A stretch of 64,000 nucleotides of DNA from assembly GCA_019721035.1 (NCBI GenBank), contig JAHEAA010000011.1, forward strand, positions 2,150-66,149, given 5' to 3'. A program made the position numbers and the translations under genes. The first letter of the stretch is position 1; the number at the start of each line of letters is the position of its first letter. Shown here piece by piece: positions 30,193 to 39,240 of this stretch. Below the pieces are notes generated by a model that saw only the letters and a list, made by a program, of their open reading frames with translations, made no database searches and was not told the DNA's origin. Origin of the DNA: Candidatus Sysuiplasma acidicola. GTDB lineage: Archaea > Thermoplasmatota > Thermoplasmata > Sysuiplasmatales > Sysuiplasmataceae.

Positions 30193-31785
30193 GTGCCAGA
30201 CGGTCAGTCGACTCTTTTTGATTTTGCAGTCATAGATACGAGTCGCGGACTCGAGGAGAAGGACGGTTTTGTTTCCCATCCGTTCATAGAGACCGGAAAG
30301 GTGCAGTACAGGGATTTTCAGGTGGAACTGTCCGGCATTGCAGTCAAAAACAACCTGCTTGTCGTGATACCAACGGGTCTCGGCAAGACGCTGATCGCCA
30401 TGATGGCTGCGGCCGAGATGATAAGGCTGGGCGGAAAGAAGGTGCTGTTTCTCGCCCCGACGAGACCGCTTGCAATGCAGCATCTGGAGAGTTTCAACAG
30501 GATGTTTGTACTGAAATCATTTGCTCTCTTCACAGGCTCGGCGAAGCCTTCGGAACGAAAGGAACTGTGGAAAATGAAGAAAGTGATTTTCGCCACACCG
30601 CAGGTCATCGAAAATGACCTGAAGGAGAAACTTTACGACCTGAGCAGTGTGGCCATCTGCATCTTTGACGAAGCGCACAGGGCAGTGGGCAACTATTCCT
30701 ACGTAAACGTCGCTGAACAATGCAGGGAGGCGGGAGCAAGGATCCTTGGCCTTACCGCTTCCCCCGGTTCGAAGAAAGCCAAGATAGAGGACATACTCTC
30801 GGCTCTCAGCATCGAAAAAGTTGAGATAAGGGAAAGGAAGGACATAGATGTCAATTCGTACGTGAAGAACGTCGACGAGGAAATCGAACGGGTGAAGCTG
30901 AGTCCTGAAATGAGAAGACTGCTGAAGCCCATTGACGAACTTCTTCATGAAAAGATCGTGAAACTGCAGCGCATGGGTTTCCTGCGGTACAAGAAAGCAG
31001 ACATGGTTTCGCGCAAGGATCTTCTGTCCGTCAGGGCATCAATAATGGGCAGGAAAAAGAAAGGAGGATATCTGTTCGGTGCGATGCACAACAGCGTGGT
31101 GGCGATACACGCATACCACTGCTCCGAGCTGCTGGAAACGCAGGGTATTGAGCCGCTGCGTCTCTACCTTACGAGAATGCAGGCATCCTCGGAGAAGAGC
31201 AAGGTGGAGAAGAGCTTCATCGGCGATGAGCGTATGAAGAAAGTCAGCGAAGCTCTGGCCGGAACAACGGCCATTTCACACCCCAAGCTGAAGCGATTGA
31301 CTGAAATTGTGGAAGCACAGCTGAGTATCAAGAAGGACAGCCTCATAATGGTCTTCACCCAGTACAGGGATACCATAGAGACCATCGTGCCCGAACTGGA
31401 GAAGAGAGGCATTAGTTTTGCCAGATTCATAGGACAGGCAGACCGGGGGGAGAAGAAAGGCATGAAGCAGAAAGAACAGAAGAAGACGATTGCCGACTTC
31501 TCAGCCGGGAAGTACAGCGTGCTCGTCGCAAGCAGCATCGGTGAGGAGGGCATCGATGTGCCTGACGTGGATATGGTGGTATTTTACGAACCGATTCCCA
31601 GCGAGATACGATACATACAGCGGAAGGGAAGGACAGGCAGAAGCTCTGTGGGCAGGGTGGTCATACTGGTGACCGAGGAAACGAGGGACGAAGCATTCCT
31701 CAGGGCAAGTTCCAGCAGGGAACGGCGCATGAACAGGATCGTCAGATCGATGAAGAGCGAGAGTGCGGATCAGACAACAGAGTAA
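30193..31785 (+). CDS. hef: Hef/FANCM-type superfamily 2 helicase (helicase domains only)
   Basis: Motif I is IPTGLGKTLIA and motif II is FDEAHRAVGNYSY. Also present are LGLTASPG and VASSIGEEGIDVPDVDMVVFYEPIPSEIRYIQRKGRTGR. The ORF contains no ERCC4 nuclease segment. Confidence 0.75.
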   Translation: MPDGQSTLFDFAVIDTSRGLEEKDGFVSHPFIETGKVQYRDFQVELSGIAVKNNLLVVIPTGLGKTLIAMMAAAEMIRLGGKKVLFLAPTRPLAMQHLESFNRMFVLKSFALFTGSAKPSERKELWKMKKVIFATPQVIENDLKEKLYDLSSVAICIFDEAHRAVGNYSYVNVAEQCREAGARILGLTASPGSKKAKIEDILSALSIEKVEIRERKDIDVNSYVKNVDEEIERVKLSPEMRRLLKPIDELLHEKIVKLQRMGFLRYKKADMVSRKDLLSVRASIMGRKKKGGYLFGAMHNSVVAIHAYHCSELLETQGIEPLRLYLTRMQASSEKSKVEKSFIGDERMKKVSEALAGTTAISHPKLKRLTEIVEAQLSIKKDSLIMVFTQYRDTIETIVPELEKRGISFARFIGQADRGEKKGMKQKEQKKTIADFSAGKYSVLVASSIGEEGIDVPDVDMVVFYEPIPSEIRYIQRKGRTGRSSVGRVVILVTEETRDEAFLRASSSRERRMNRIVRSMKSESADQTTE

Positions 31786-32550
31786 TCAGGACTCGGAAGG
31801 CTGCGGAGTGTTGAGAGCGAGCTTGTTTGTCAGCAGCCTGAGGAAAGATTCGAGATGCTCGGCAAGCGAGGAGTTGTCTGAGAATCCGCAGGCGGAAAGG
31901 TCCGGCGATGCAATGAGCGCCTTCTTGCCGTCACACACTATGTCTGTGGCGAGCAGTTCGGTAACCCTGTAGCTCTCAGTGTGCTCCGGCAATTTCACTG
32001 ATGGGGCTGTTATTACCGTTATCTTCACACCGCGCTTCTTGGCATCGCTGAACTTTTTCCCGAAACTCTTCCTTATGTCCCTGATGGCTGGTGTGGAAAT
32101 GATGAGTCTGTTCACCGACCCGTCTATCATTTCGGCAATTTTCTCCATGACCTTTTCCTGTCCGGTTATCGTGTAAATGAGCTGTGGCACTCCCTTCTCA
32201 CTCAGCATGCCGCTGACCAGTGACAGTTTTCTGAATGCCTCCCTGATGTTTTCTGCAACCTCATCCCCTTTTGCCAGCGGATCCTCCGGGTGAAACACGC
32301 GGGGCTTCCCCTGGGAAGTTGTAGCATAGCCACGCCCTTCGAGCATCGTCAGTGCCTTGTAGGCGGACGTTCTGGGTATCTGAGCGACCTCGGCAACTCT
32401 CTGAGGTGTGCCGAAACCCAGCACGACGAGCGCCATGTATGAACGTGCCTCATATTCAGACAGGCCGCAGTTCCTCAGGACACCGATGACGCTCTCGTAT
32501 TCCTTGCGCAACTCGTCCAGATTTTCCCCCAGAAGCTTAATAAGATTCAT
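31786..32550 (-). CDS. TrmB-family transcriptional regulator
   Basis: The N-terminal winged HTH reads LRNCGLSEYEARSYMALVVLGFGTPQRVAEVAQIPRTSAYKALTMLEGRGYA. A TrmB-like C-terminal domain follows. Confidence 0.8.
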   Translation of the reverse strand: MNLIKLLGENLDELRKEYESVIGVLRNCGLSEYEARSYMALVVLGFGTPQRVAEVAQIPRTSAYKALTMLEGRGYATTSQGKPRVFHPEDPLAKGDEVAENIREAFRKLSLVSGMLSEKGVPQLIYTITGQEKVMEKIAEMIDGSVNRLIISTPAIRDIRKSFGKKFSDAKKRGVKITVITAPSVKLPEHTESYRVTELLATDIVCDGKKALIASPDLSACGFSDNSSLAEHLESFLRLLTNKLALNTPQPSES

Positions 32551-32555
32551 ATATT

Positions 32556-32574
32556 TGTAGTGGAAATCACTACA
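32556..32574. promoter_or_regulatory. perfect inverted repeat TGTAGTG-N5-CACTACA, candidate TrmB operator
   Basis: The palindrome lies 5 nt upstream of the trmB-family start codon (minus strand, 32548-32550). A TATA-like TTTAAAT on the far side places it between promoter and start. It sits in the divergent intergenic region shared with the ferredoxin-GGR pair. Confidence 0.45.
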
Positions 32575-32694
32575 TTGAATTTAAACTTATTCCGATCTCA
32601 CACATGAACAGCATTCAAAAATACAGGTGAGGCAGAGGTCTTTACATACAATTCATTTAATACTAGTTCGCCTGTTAAACGCGAAGGTAGTACT

Positions 32695-32901
32695 GTGATA
32701 GAGCTGAACGACGACAGATGCATGCACTGCGGTGCGTGTGTCGGGGCATGCCCTGCAAACGCAATATACCTCAATGAGGTCATACTGGACTTCAACGACG
32801 ACTGCACAGACTGCGGTCTTTGTGTAAAAGCGTGTCCGGTAGGCGCGCTTTCGTTGATCAGGACAAGAGGACAGAAAGTGCCTGTTGCGGCCACAGCGTG
32901 A
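32695..32901 (+). CDS. 2x[4Fe-4S] ferredoxin
   Basis: Two cluster motifs are present: CMHCGACVGACP and CTDCGLCVKACP. The protein is 68 aa and starts with GTG. Confidence 0.85.
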   Translation: MIELNDDRCMHCGACVGACPANAIYLNEVILDFNDDCTDCGLCVKACPVGALSLIRTRGQKVPVAATA

Positions 32902-33000
32902 TTCTGCGGCCCGGAGTCCTGATGCGTCTGCACTGGCTTCCCGATACCTGAAATGAATTAATACAGGCTAGCCGATCAACCGTTCCAAACTGGTGTTCAT

Positions 33001-34194
33001 ATGTTCTTCAAGGACGAATACGACGTCGTTGTCGTGGGGGCAGGCCCTTCGGGCAGCACGACTGCGAGATACGCAGCCATGAATGGAGCGAAAGTGCTGC
33101 TGGTCGAGAAGAGGCAGGAGATAGGCTCACCTGTACGCTGCGGCGAAGGAGTGTCGATGGAGATTTTCAAGCACGTCGACATTAAGCCTGATCCGTCCTG
33201 GTTCGTGAATGAGGTTACGGGAGCCAGGATTTTTGGTCCATCCGGGAAGCACATACTGATTGATGCGAAGAATGCAGGGGATGAAGTTGGTGCAGTCATT
33301 GAGAGAGATGCCTTTGACAAGCACCTCGCAACGCTTGCCGCGAGAGCCGGCGCAGAGATTACGACCAAGACTGCGGTGACATCACTGCTCAGGGACGACG
33401 GCCAGATTACAGGCGTAAGGGTCAGGAGAATGGGAGAGTATCATGATGTTGCGGCCAGGCTGATTGTCGGAGCCGACGGCTTCGAATCACAGGTTGCAAG
33501 ATGGGCTGGCATTAACACAAATCTGAAGACGAGGGATACCACCTCCAATCTGCAGTACAGGATGGTCGGACTGGATCTGGATCCGCGGTTCACTGATTTC
33601 TACATAGGCTCCGTTGCTCCGGGCGGATATGTCTGGATATTCCCAAAGAGCAGGGATACGGCGAATGTTGGCATCGGGCTGCTTCTGTCGAGAATAAAAG
33701 GTCCAAACGAGGCGAAGGATTACCTGGATGCATTCATAGAAAAAGACGAGCGTTTCAGGAATGCCGAAATACTAGAGACTGTGAGCGGCGGCGTTTCTGT
33801 GAGTGCCCCGCTTGACTGCGTGACGGCAGACGGCATCATGCTGGTGGGTGATGCAGCCCGCATGATAGATCCGCTGACCGGCGGCGGGATTAGCAATGGC
33901 GTTATCGCAGGCAGCGTCTGCGGCAGGGTAGCCGCTGAGTCTGTCAGGGCGCACGATGTTTCAAAAAAATTTCTGCAGAGGTACGAAGAGGGATGGCGCG
34001 ATCTTCTTGAGGAGAAGCTCTACAGGGATTACATGGCCAAGGAGAAACTGATATCGCTTGACGACCACACGCTGGACATGCTCATAGATGCCCTCTCGGG
34101 CGCGACGATGGAGAATCTGTCCACCAGGGAAATACTCAAGGCGGTCAGGTCAAAATATCCGCAGCTGGTCAAGGAATTCGAAGATCTGATATGA
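33001..34194 (+). CDS. digeranylgeranylglycerophospholipid (geranylgeranyl) reductase, FAD-dependent
   Basis: The FAD fingerprint is YDVVVVGAGPSGSTTARYAA. Also present are VLLVEKRQEIGSPVRCGEG, GADGFESQVARW, GGYVWIFPK and LVGDAARMIDPLTGGGI. The adjacent small ferredoxin is the known partner arrangement in some archaea. Confidence 0.9.
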   Translation: MFFKDEYDVVVVGAGPSGSTTARYAAMNGAKVLLVEKRQEIGSPVRCGEGVSMEIFKHVDIKPDPSWFVNEVTGARIFGPSGKHILIDAKNAGDEVGAVIERDAFDKHLATLAARAGAEITTKTAVTSLLRDDGQITGVRVRRMGEYHDVAARLIVGADGFESQVARWAGINTNLKTRDTTSNLQYRMVGLDLDPRFTDFYIGSVAPGGYVWIFPKSRDTANVGIGLLLSRIKGPNEAKDYLDAFIEKDERFRNAEILETVSGGVSVSAPLDCVTADGIMLVGDAARMIDPLTGGGISNGVIAGSVCGRVAAESVRAHDVSKKFLQRYEEGWRDLLEEKLYRDYMAKEKLISLDDHTLDMLIDALSGATMENLSTREILKAVRSKYPQLVKEFEDLI

Positions 34195-34220
34195 TCCGGT
34201 GCCGGGGACATTGCTTCAGT

Positions 34221-36908
34221 TCAGGACAGGTTGCGGCAGAGCGCACCGGAAGCTGCTAGAACGGCCGAGTGCACGAGTCTTCTTTCGTAGTCACTGAAGG
34301 CACCGGACGCATTCCTCCACAGCATCAGGATTCCGGCAGTGCGGCCTGAACGGTCGCGCAGACGGTGCGCAATTGCATGACCCTTAACAGTACCGAAGAG
34401 CGATGTAATCTGTGTTGCTCCTTCATCCTGCCGCATTCCGTCATTTTCCAGAACCTCTTCGATTTCTGCAAGTGAAATGATAGTTCCCTTTGTCCTGGAA
34501 GCGTTCGTTTTAAGCGAGAAAACTTTCCGCCCGAAACCGTCACCTTCCTCGACGAGCAGCAGCAGGTCGTCGTGCGGAACGAATCTGCTGATCTCCGACG
34601 AGAATGCTGCAGGAAACGGTATTTCAGGGGGAGCCGACAGCACTCCGCCCAGCAGTGAGGAGAGGGAAGATGCAAATGTGGATTCAGAGACGTTACGCAG
34701 CGCTTCGCCGGTTGTTCTGCCGTATTCCACTGCAGCCGCGGAAAGGAATTCGGCGAATTCGATTTCCCCGTATTCCAGCCGCCTCAAGTGCTGCACGCTG
34801 ATGACAACAACAGTGGCGCCTCCCTCATGCCCGCATACCGGCACGAGAAGATAATTTGAGTCCGGACCCCCGGTAGAAGACGATTGTGCGGAAGCGATTG
34901 AGCCTTTGATAAGCGAAGTCTTCATAGAACGTGATGCTTCAATTATATGCTCATCCAATCCCGCCGGCAGGGTGGGGATACGCGACGACGGCCGTGGTTT
35001 CCTGTAGACAGTGCGTGAAACAATGCTGTTCCCCCGCACTACGCATGCGGTTGCGTCAGAATCTGGAATGGCATCCGTGAGATATCTCATTAGCAGTTCC
35101 AGCCTTGTCGCCGGATCTGATGCTGAAATACATGCTTCCGATACCAGATTCAGAAGACGGGCCCTGTGAACAGCCATCTCCAGTGACGAAATGCGTTCTG
35201 CAGCAGAGAGAACGTAGTCGACATGACGCCTGGATCGTTCTGCGATAGAGAGCTCCATCCAGTCAGGCTCACGGCCTTTTGCCAATACAGCTGCAGTGAA
35301 ACCTCGATAACCTGCGGCATTGTGCGGTATAATGTACACGACGTTCCCGTCCTGGCACCCGAGCATGTGCAATAGCGTCTCATGACGCGCCGATGCCTTC
35401 TCCACTGTTTCCGGTATGGCGGAAAGGAATTCGGGAGGAAGGGACAGCATTTCGCCCGCGGTGTGTCTGAGCCTGTGTCCCTCGGAAGCAACGCAGACAA
35501 ATGCCATTGCACCCGGACGTTGAAAGAAGGTGCAGGATGTCTCCGCATGCAGCAGCAGCCTGTATTCCCTTGCAATGGAGGCGTGGAGCATGCTTAGCCT
35601 CGCCTCCGCTTCAAAGCGTGATGCCAGGCCATCCAGCCGTTCAAACATCAGATTCAGGTGCCTGAGTTCCTCTATTCGTACGAAGGTTGGCAGCTTGTCT
35701 CCGACCATGTCGGATACCTCCCTTAGGAATGTGAGGTCTTCTGCCACTGTTTTTCCATCTTCCCTGCGAAGCACGGCTATCGAACCCGCAACTGCCCTTC
35801 CTGTCTTCACAGGCACAATAAGCATTGACGAGTATCCCCTGTACAGCTTGCAGAACTCTTGGAAATGAGGGCTCACCTGGTCAATAATTACGGGCACGCC
35901 GCTTCTTACAAGAGGGGTTTCGAAAGGAAAATCATAGTCACGGGAAAGAATCCGCCTGGAGAGAGCAGGCGGACAGGCAGCCTGCGCGATAACGCTTATT
36001 TTATCCCCCTCATTACTGAAAATGATCACGGCATCTGCAACTCCGGTCTCCGACAGCTTTCCGGCAAGGATGCTGAAATATGTGCTTCTCTCTGTGAACG
36101 GGTGGAGTTCCTTCATGAGCCGGCCCACATTGCGGCCCGCAGCACGTTCATCTTCAGACGTCCCGCCCTCACGAACACCCTTCTCCTTCGCCCCCTGCAC
36201 GCAGAGCAGAAACAAACCCGCCACTGTAACAGCACCGATGGCAGACATCGCAAACTGAACTGAAACCGATTTACCTTGTGGGCCGGACATCTCCAGCTCT
36301 GCCTGTGCCGCGTGACCTTCGGACTGGCACTTCTTGAACATCTCAACAAAGTCAACCCTGTGGGATTTTCCGACCATCTCGAGAAATTCTATGCCTCTGC
36401 AGGTTTCAAAACCAATCGATGAAGTCAGTGATGCGGCGGCTGCGTTGCAGTCGGCAATCTTTCCCTGCCTTGTCATTATGAAGAGAGGTTCGCTGAACGC
36501 GTTCAGAAATGCAGACAGCTTTCCGTCAGGCGTTTCTGACTCGGCAGTCTGCCTGATCTGGCAATAGACAGCGTTGACTTCTTCTCCGGTTATAACGGGT
36601 GTGAATGTCGCGGTGCATTGCCTTTCAGCAATATTGCACTGGAATTCGAAACTCTTACCAGTCGATAGATGAAGGAGAGCGTCGAGCTTCGAATTCTCCC
36701 ATTCACTGCTACCCAGATTCAGCTCCATGCCAGCTTCCTGACCACCGAGCATTTCTCCTGCCGTTCTGTTCAATTCGAGAATGCGCATCCTCATGTCTGT
36801 TATGACGACAGCTTCGGTCATCGAATTAATCAGGGCGCTCAGACTCGGCCGTACTTCGCTCATCTGCTCCGTCGGTGCATCATCCATACTGTCCGCTCTT
36901 TGAATCAA
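34221..36908 (-). CDS. large multi-PAS/GAF sensor-type protein without recognisable output domain
   Basis: The 895-aa protein has PAS-like starts (LINSMTEAVVITDMRMRILELNRTAGEMLG and FLNAFSEPLFIMTRQGKIADCNAAAASL). Several GAF-like blocks follow, for example ...LIVPVKTGRAVAGSIAVLRRE and GILMLWRNASGAFSDYERRLV. I found no His-kinase H/N/G boxes, no HTH and no GGDEF/HD motifs by eye. Confidence 0.6.
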   Translation of the reverse strand: MIQRADSMDDAPTEQMSEVRPSLSALINSMTEAVVITDMRMRILELNRTAGEMLGGQEAGMELNLGSSEWENSKLDALLHLSTGKSFEFQCNIAERQCTATFTPVITGEEVNAVYCQIRQTAESETPDGKLSAFLNAFSEPLFIMTRQGKIADCNAAAASLTSSIGFETCRGIEFLEMVGKSHRVDFVEMFKKCQSEGHAAQAELEMSGPQGKSVSVQFAMSAIGAVTVAGLFLLCVQGAKEKGVREGGTSEDERAAGRNVGRLMKELHPFTERSTYFSILAGKLSETGVADAVIIFSNEGDKISVIAQAACPPALSRRILSRDYDFPFETPLVRSGVPVIIDQVSPHFQEFCKLYRGYSSMLIVPVKTGRAVAGSIAVLRREDGKTVAEDLTFLREVSDMVGDKLPTFVRIEELRHLNLMFERLDGLASRFEAEARLSMLHASIAREYRLLLHAETSCTFFQRPGAMAFVCVASEGHRLRHTAGEMLSLPPEFLSAIPETVEKASARHETLLHMLGCQDGNVVYIIPHNAAGYRGFTAAVLAKGREPDWMELSIAERSRRHVDYVLSAAERISSLEMAVHRARLLNLVSEACISASDPATRLELLMRYLTDAIPDSDATACVVRGNSIVSRTVYRKPRPSSRIPTLPAGLDEHIIEASRSMKTSLIKGSIASAQSSSTGGPDSNYLLVPVCGHEGGATVVVISVQHLRRLEYGEIEFAEFLSAAAVEYGRTTGEALRNVSESTFASSLSSLLGGVLSAPPEIPFPAAFSSEISRFVPHDDLLLLVEEGDGFGRKVFSLKTNASRTKGTIISLAEIEEVLENDGMRQDEGATQITSLFGTVKGHAIAHRLRDRSGRTAGILMLWRNASGAFSDYERRLVHSAVLAASGALCRNLS

Positions 36909-36953
36909 TCAGAATGATTGTGGGGTAACTGAGCCCTCTTACGGCTAATAAAA

Positions 36954-36977
36954 TTAACCGGCCAAATATCCGGTTAA
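36954..36977 (-). terminator. 8-bp stem hairpin (TTAACCGG-N8-CCGGTTAA) followed by a T-rich tract on the minus strand
   Basis: The hairpin lies 19 nt downstream of the hutI stop codon on the coding (minus) strand. The following TTTTATTA could also serve as the TATA box of the downstream PAS/GAF gene. Confidence 0.3.
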
Positions 36978-36995
36978 AAATTCACCGAATGAGAA

Positions 36996-38231
36996 TCATA
37001 CCGTATTGCGCCGGACTTTGACACCGCCTGAATACACTGCCTGGATCATGCGATCGGAGTTTCTGTAGAAAATCTTGCCCGGTGTATCGATATCCAGACA
37101 GATGAAATCGGCCCGCTTCCCAGCCTCGATACTGCCCAATTCTCCAGACATGCCGATACAGCCGGCCGAATTCAGCGTGGCGGCAGTGAGCGCCTCCTCC
37201 TGCCTGAGTCCACAGGCATAAACGGCCAGCATGCATGAAAACATCATGCTCTCGTTCCATGAATTGGGACTCAAGTCTGTGCCGATGGCTACAGACATGC
37301 CTTCGGAAACCATGGACGACGCATCTGGAAAACGCCGGGACATGGAAAACAAAGGCGTGGAGGGCAGCACTATGCCTGTCGTTCCGCTCGCTGCAAGAGC
37401 CGGAAAACTGCTTCTTGGAGTGTGAGCAAGATGTGATACGCTGACTGCCCCGAGCGCGGCAATATCCTCTGCGGCGCCCGTGCATGAGAACTCATCTATA
37501 TGCGCCGTGAGTCTGAATCCGAGTCCGGCGGCCGCGGAAAGGATGCGCAGCCCCTCGTCCGGAGTAAATGCGCCGTCCTCGATGAAAACATCACAAAGGG
37601 CCGACAGTCCTCTTTCATGGACGACAGGGAGATGCGAATTTATTATTTCAGATATGTACTCAGACCTTTTTGCATGAGGAGGAAAGGCGTGTGCGCCCAT
37701 ATACGTGGGCACGACCGTCTGGTTCGCGGAGGAGAGCCTGTTCGCCGCATCGAGCATCTTCAGTTCGTGCTCCAGGCTGAGTCCGTATCCGCTCTTTACC
37801 TCTACGCACGTGGTTCCGCCGGCCAGCATTCCGCGCAGCCTCGGAACTGTCTCCAATATCAGCCGGTCTTCCTCTGCTTCCCTAGTCTTTGTCAACGTGT
37901 GAAGTATTCCGCCCCCGCTCCTGAGTATATCCATATATGACTCGCCGTTCAATTTTCTTGCAAGCTCCTTCTCCCTGCTGCCCGCAAACAGTGCGTGACT
38001 GTGGCAGTCTACGAAAGCCGGTATGACTGTCCTGTCGCCAAGAGACACAATCCTTCCGCTGTGCGCCGATTTGACTGTTGCCCTTCTTCCGCAGGCCACG
38101 ATTCTACCGTCGAGAACGGCGATTGCAGCATCTTCCGCGAACTGCACATCGCGCATCGACTCGCCGCGCCTGACCACATTTCCCGACGGAGTCATGATCC
38201 ATGCGCATTCGAATATCGAGTCAACCTTCAA
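36996..38231 (-). CDS. hutI: imidazolonepropionase (amidohydrolase superfamily)
   Basis: The stretch PAFVDCHSHALFAGSREKELARKLNGESYMDILRSGGGILHTLTKTREA is the HutI signature region. Later metal-ligand contexts LTAHIDEF, SVSHL and AIGTDLSPN are present. Confidence 0.8.
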   Translation of the reverse strand: MKVDSIFECAWIMTPSGNVVRRGESMRDVQFAEDAAIAVLDGRIVACGRRATVKSAHSGRIVSLGDRTVIPAFVDCHSHALFAGSREKELARKLNGESYMDILRSGGGILHTLTKTREAEEDRLILETVPRLRGMLAGGTTCVEVKSGYGLSLEHELKMLDAANRLSSANQTVVPTYMGAHAFPPHAKRSEYISEIINSHLPVVHERGLSALCDVFIEDGAFTPDEGLRILSAAAGLGFRLTAHIDEFSCTGAAEDIAALGAVSVSHLAHTPRSSFPALAASGTTGIVLPSTPLFSMSRRFPDASSMVSEGMSVAIGTDLSPNSWNESMMFSCMLAVYACGLRQEEALTAATLNSAGCIGMSGELGSIEAGKRADFICLDIDTPGKIFYRNSDRMIQAVYSGGVKVRRNTV

Positions 38232-39147
38232 CCGTATCCCTCCTCAGGCCTTCCTCTCCGGTGCTGCAGATAAACGGAATGCCGCCACGCGTGGCAATGG
38301 CTTTCGCCGCTTTTTCAGGCCTGTCGGTGAGTGCTATCATGCATCCGCCTCCTCCCGCGCCGGTTAGTTTGGCTCCGTAGGAGAAAGGCCTCACAGCCTC
38401 AATCAGATGGTCGAGCTCCTTCGTGCTGACGCCAAGCACAGAAAGCAGGCGCTGGTTCCTTTCCATGAGTCGGCCCAGGGCAACAGTATCACCGCTGTGC
38501 AGTGCCTTCATGGCATCCGGCGCTATAGTGCCGATTTCGGAAACCGCATCCCGCGCTGTGGGGTACTTCTCCCATAGCCTTCTGACCTTCGCGACCATGG
38601 GACCGGTTGCGGCACCTGCTCCGGTATATCCGGCGACGATAGTCATCTGTCTGACGTCCACGTGACCTATGTGCCACGTGCTGCCGCCACCACTCACGGT
38701 CCACAGCTCCGACGGCACCGGATTACTGCTGATGTAAACGCCGGAACCGTGGGCCGATGTGGAAGTGTCCAGCGGACTCGCCCTGCCCTGGGCAGAGAGT
38801 TCTACATTGAAGGCAATAGATGCGGTTTTCGCTGCATTGCCGTCATTGTTGAGAGCGGCAACGAGCGATGTCGAAAGAGCAGCCGATGAGCCCATGCCTC
38901 CTCCTGCCGGTATCGAGGAGTCCACTGTAGCGCTCTTTCCACCTGCTCCGGTTAGGTTGAATGAATAATATGGATAGTCGTGCGCTTCTCTTCTGAGCGG
39001 AAGACCGTTGAATCTGTTTTCCTCGGCATCTGTGACGACTGTCCGCGTCCTCAGGTTGATGGCCACAGCTATCGCGGCCTCGCCAAAAACAACCGCGTGC
39101 TCTCCAAACAGTATGATCTTGCCGGGAGCGGAAAAGGAGACAGGCAT
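38221..39147 (-). CDS. mvk: mevalonate kinase (GHMP kinase family)
   Basis: The N-terminus is APGKIILFGEHAVVFGEAAIAVAI. The GHMP motif is IPAGGGMGSSAALSTSLVAAL and the C-terminal motif is GAKLTGAGGGGCMIAL. Confidence 0.8.
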   Translation of the reverse strand: MPVSFSAPGKIILFGEHAVVFGEAAIAVAINLRTRTVVTDAEENRFNGLPLRREAHDYPYYSFNLTGAGGKSATVDSSIPAGGGMGSSAALSTSLVAALNNDGNAAKTASIAFNVELSAQGRASPLDTSTSAHGSGVYISSNPVPSELWTVSGGGSTWHIGHVDVRQMTIVAGYTGAGAATGPMVAKVRRLWEKYPTARDAVSEIGTIAPDAMKALHSGDTVALGRLMERNQRLLSVLGVSTKELDHLIEAVRPFSYGAKLTGAGGGGCMIALTDRPEKAAKAIATRGGIPFICSTGEEGLRRDTVEG

Positions 39148-39240
39148 AATTCAGACATGAGACACATTGAAGTTAAATTCTTTCCAGTAGGTGACTGAGC
39201 TGAAATGCAAATCTGTGGTCGCTGCCTTGAGCGTCTTTAT

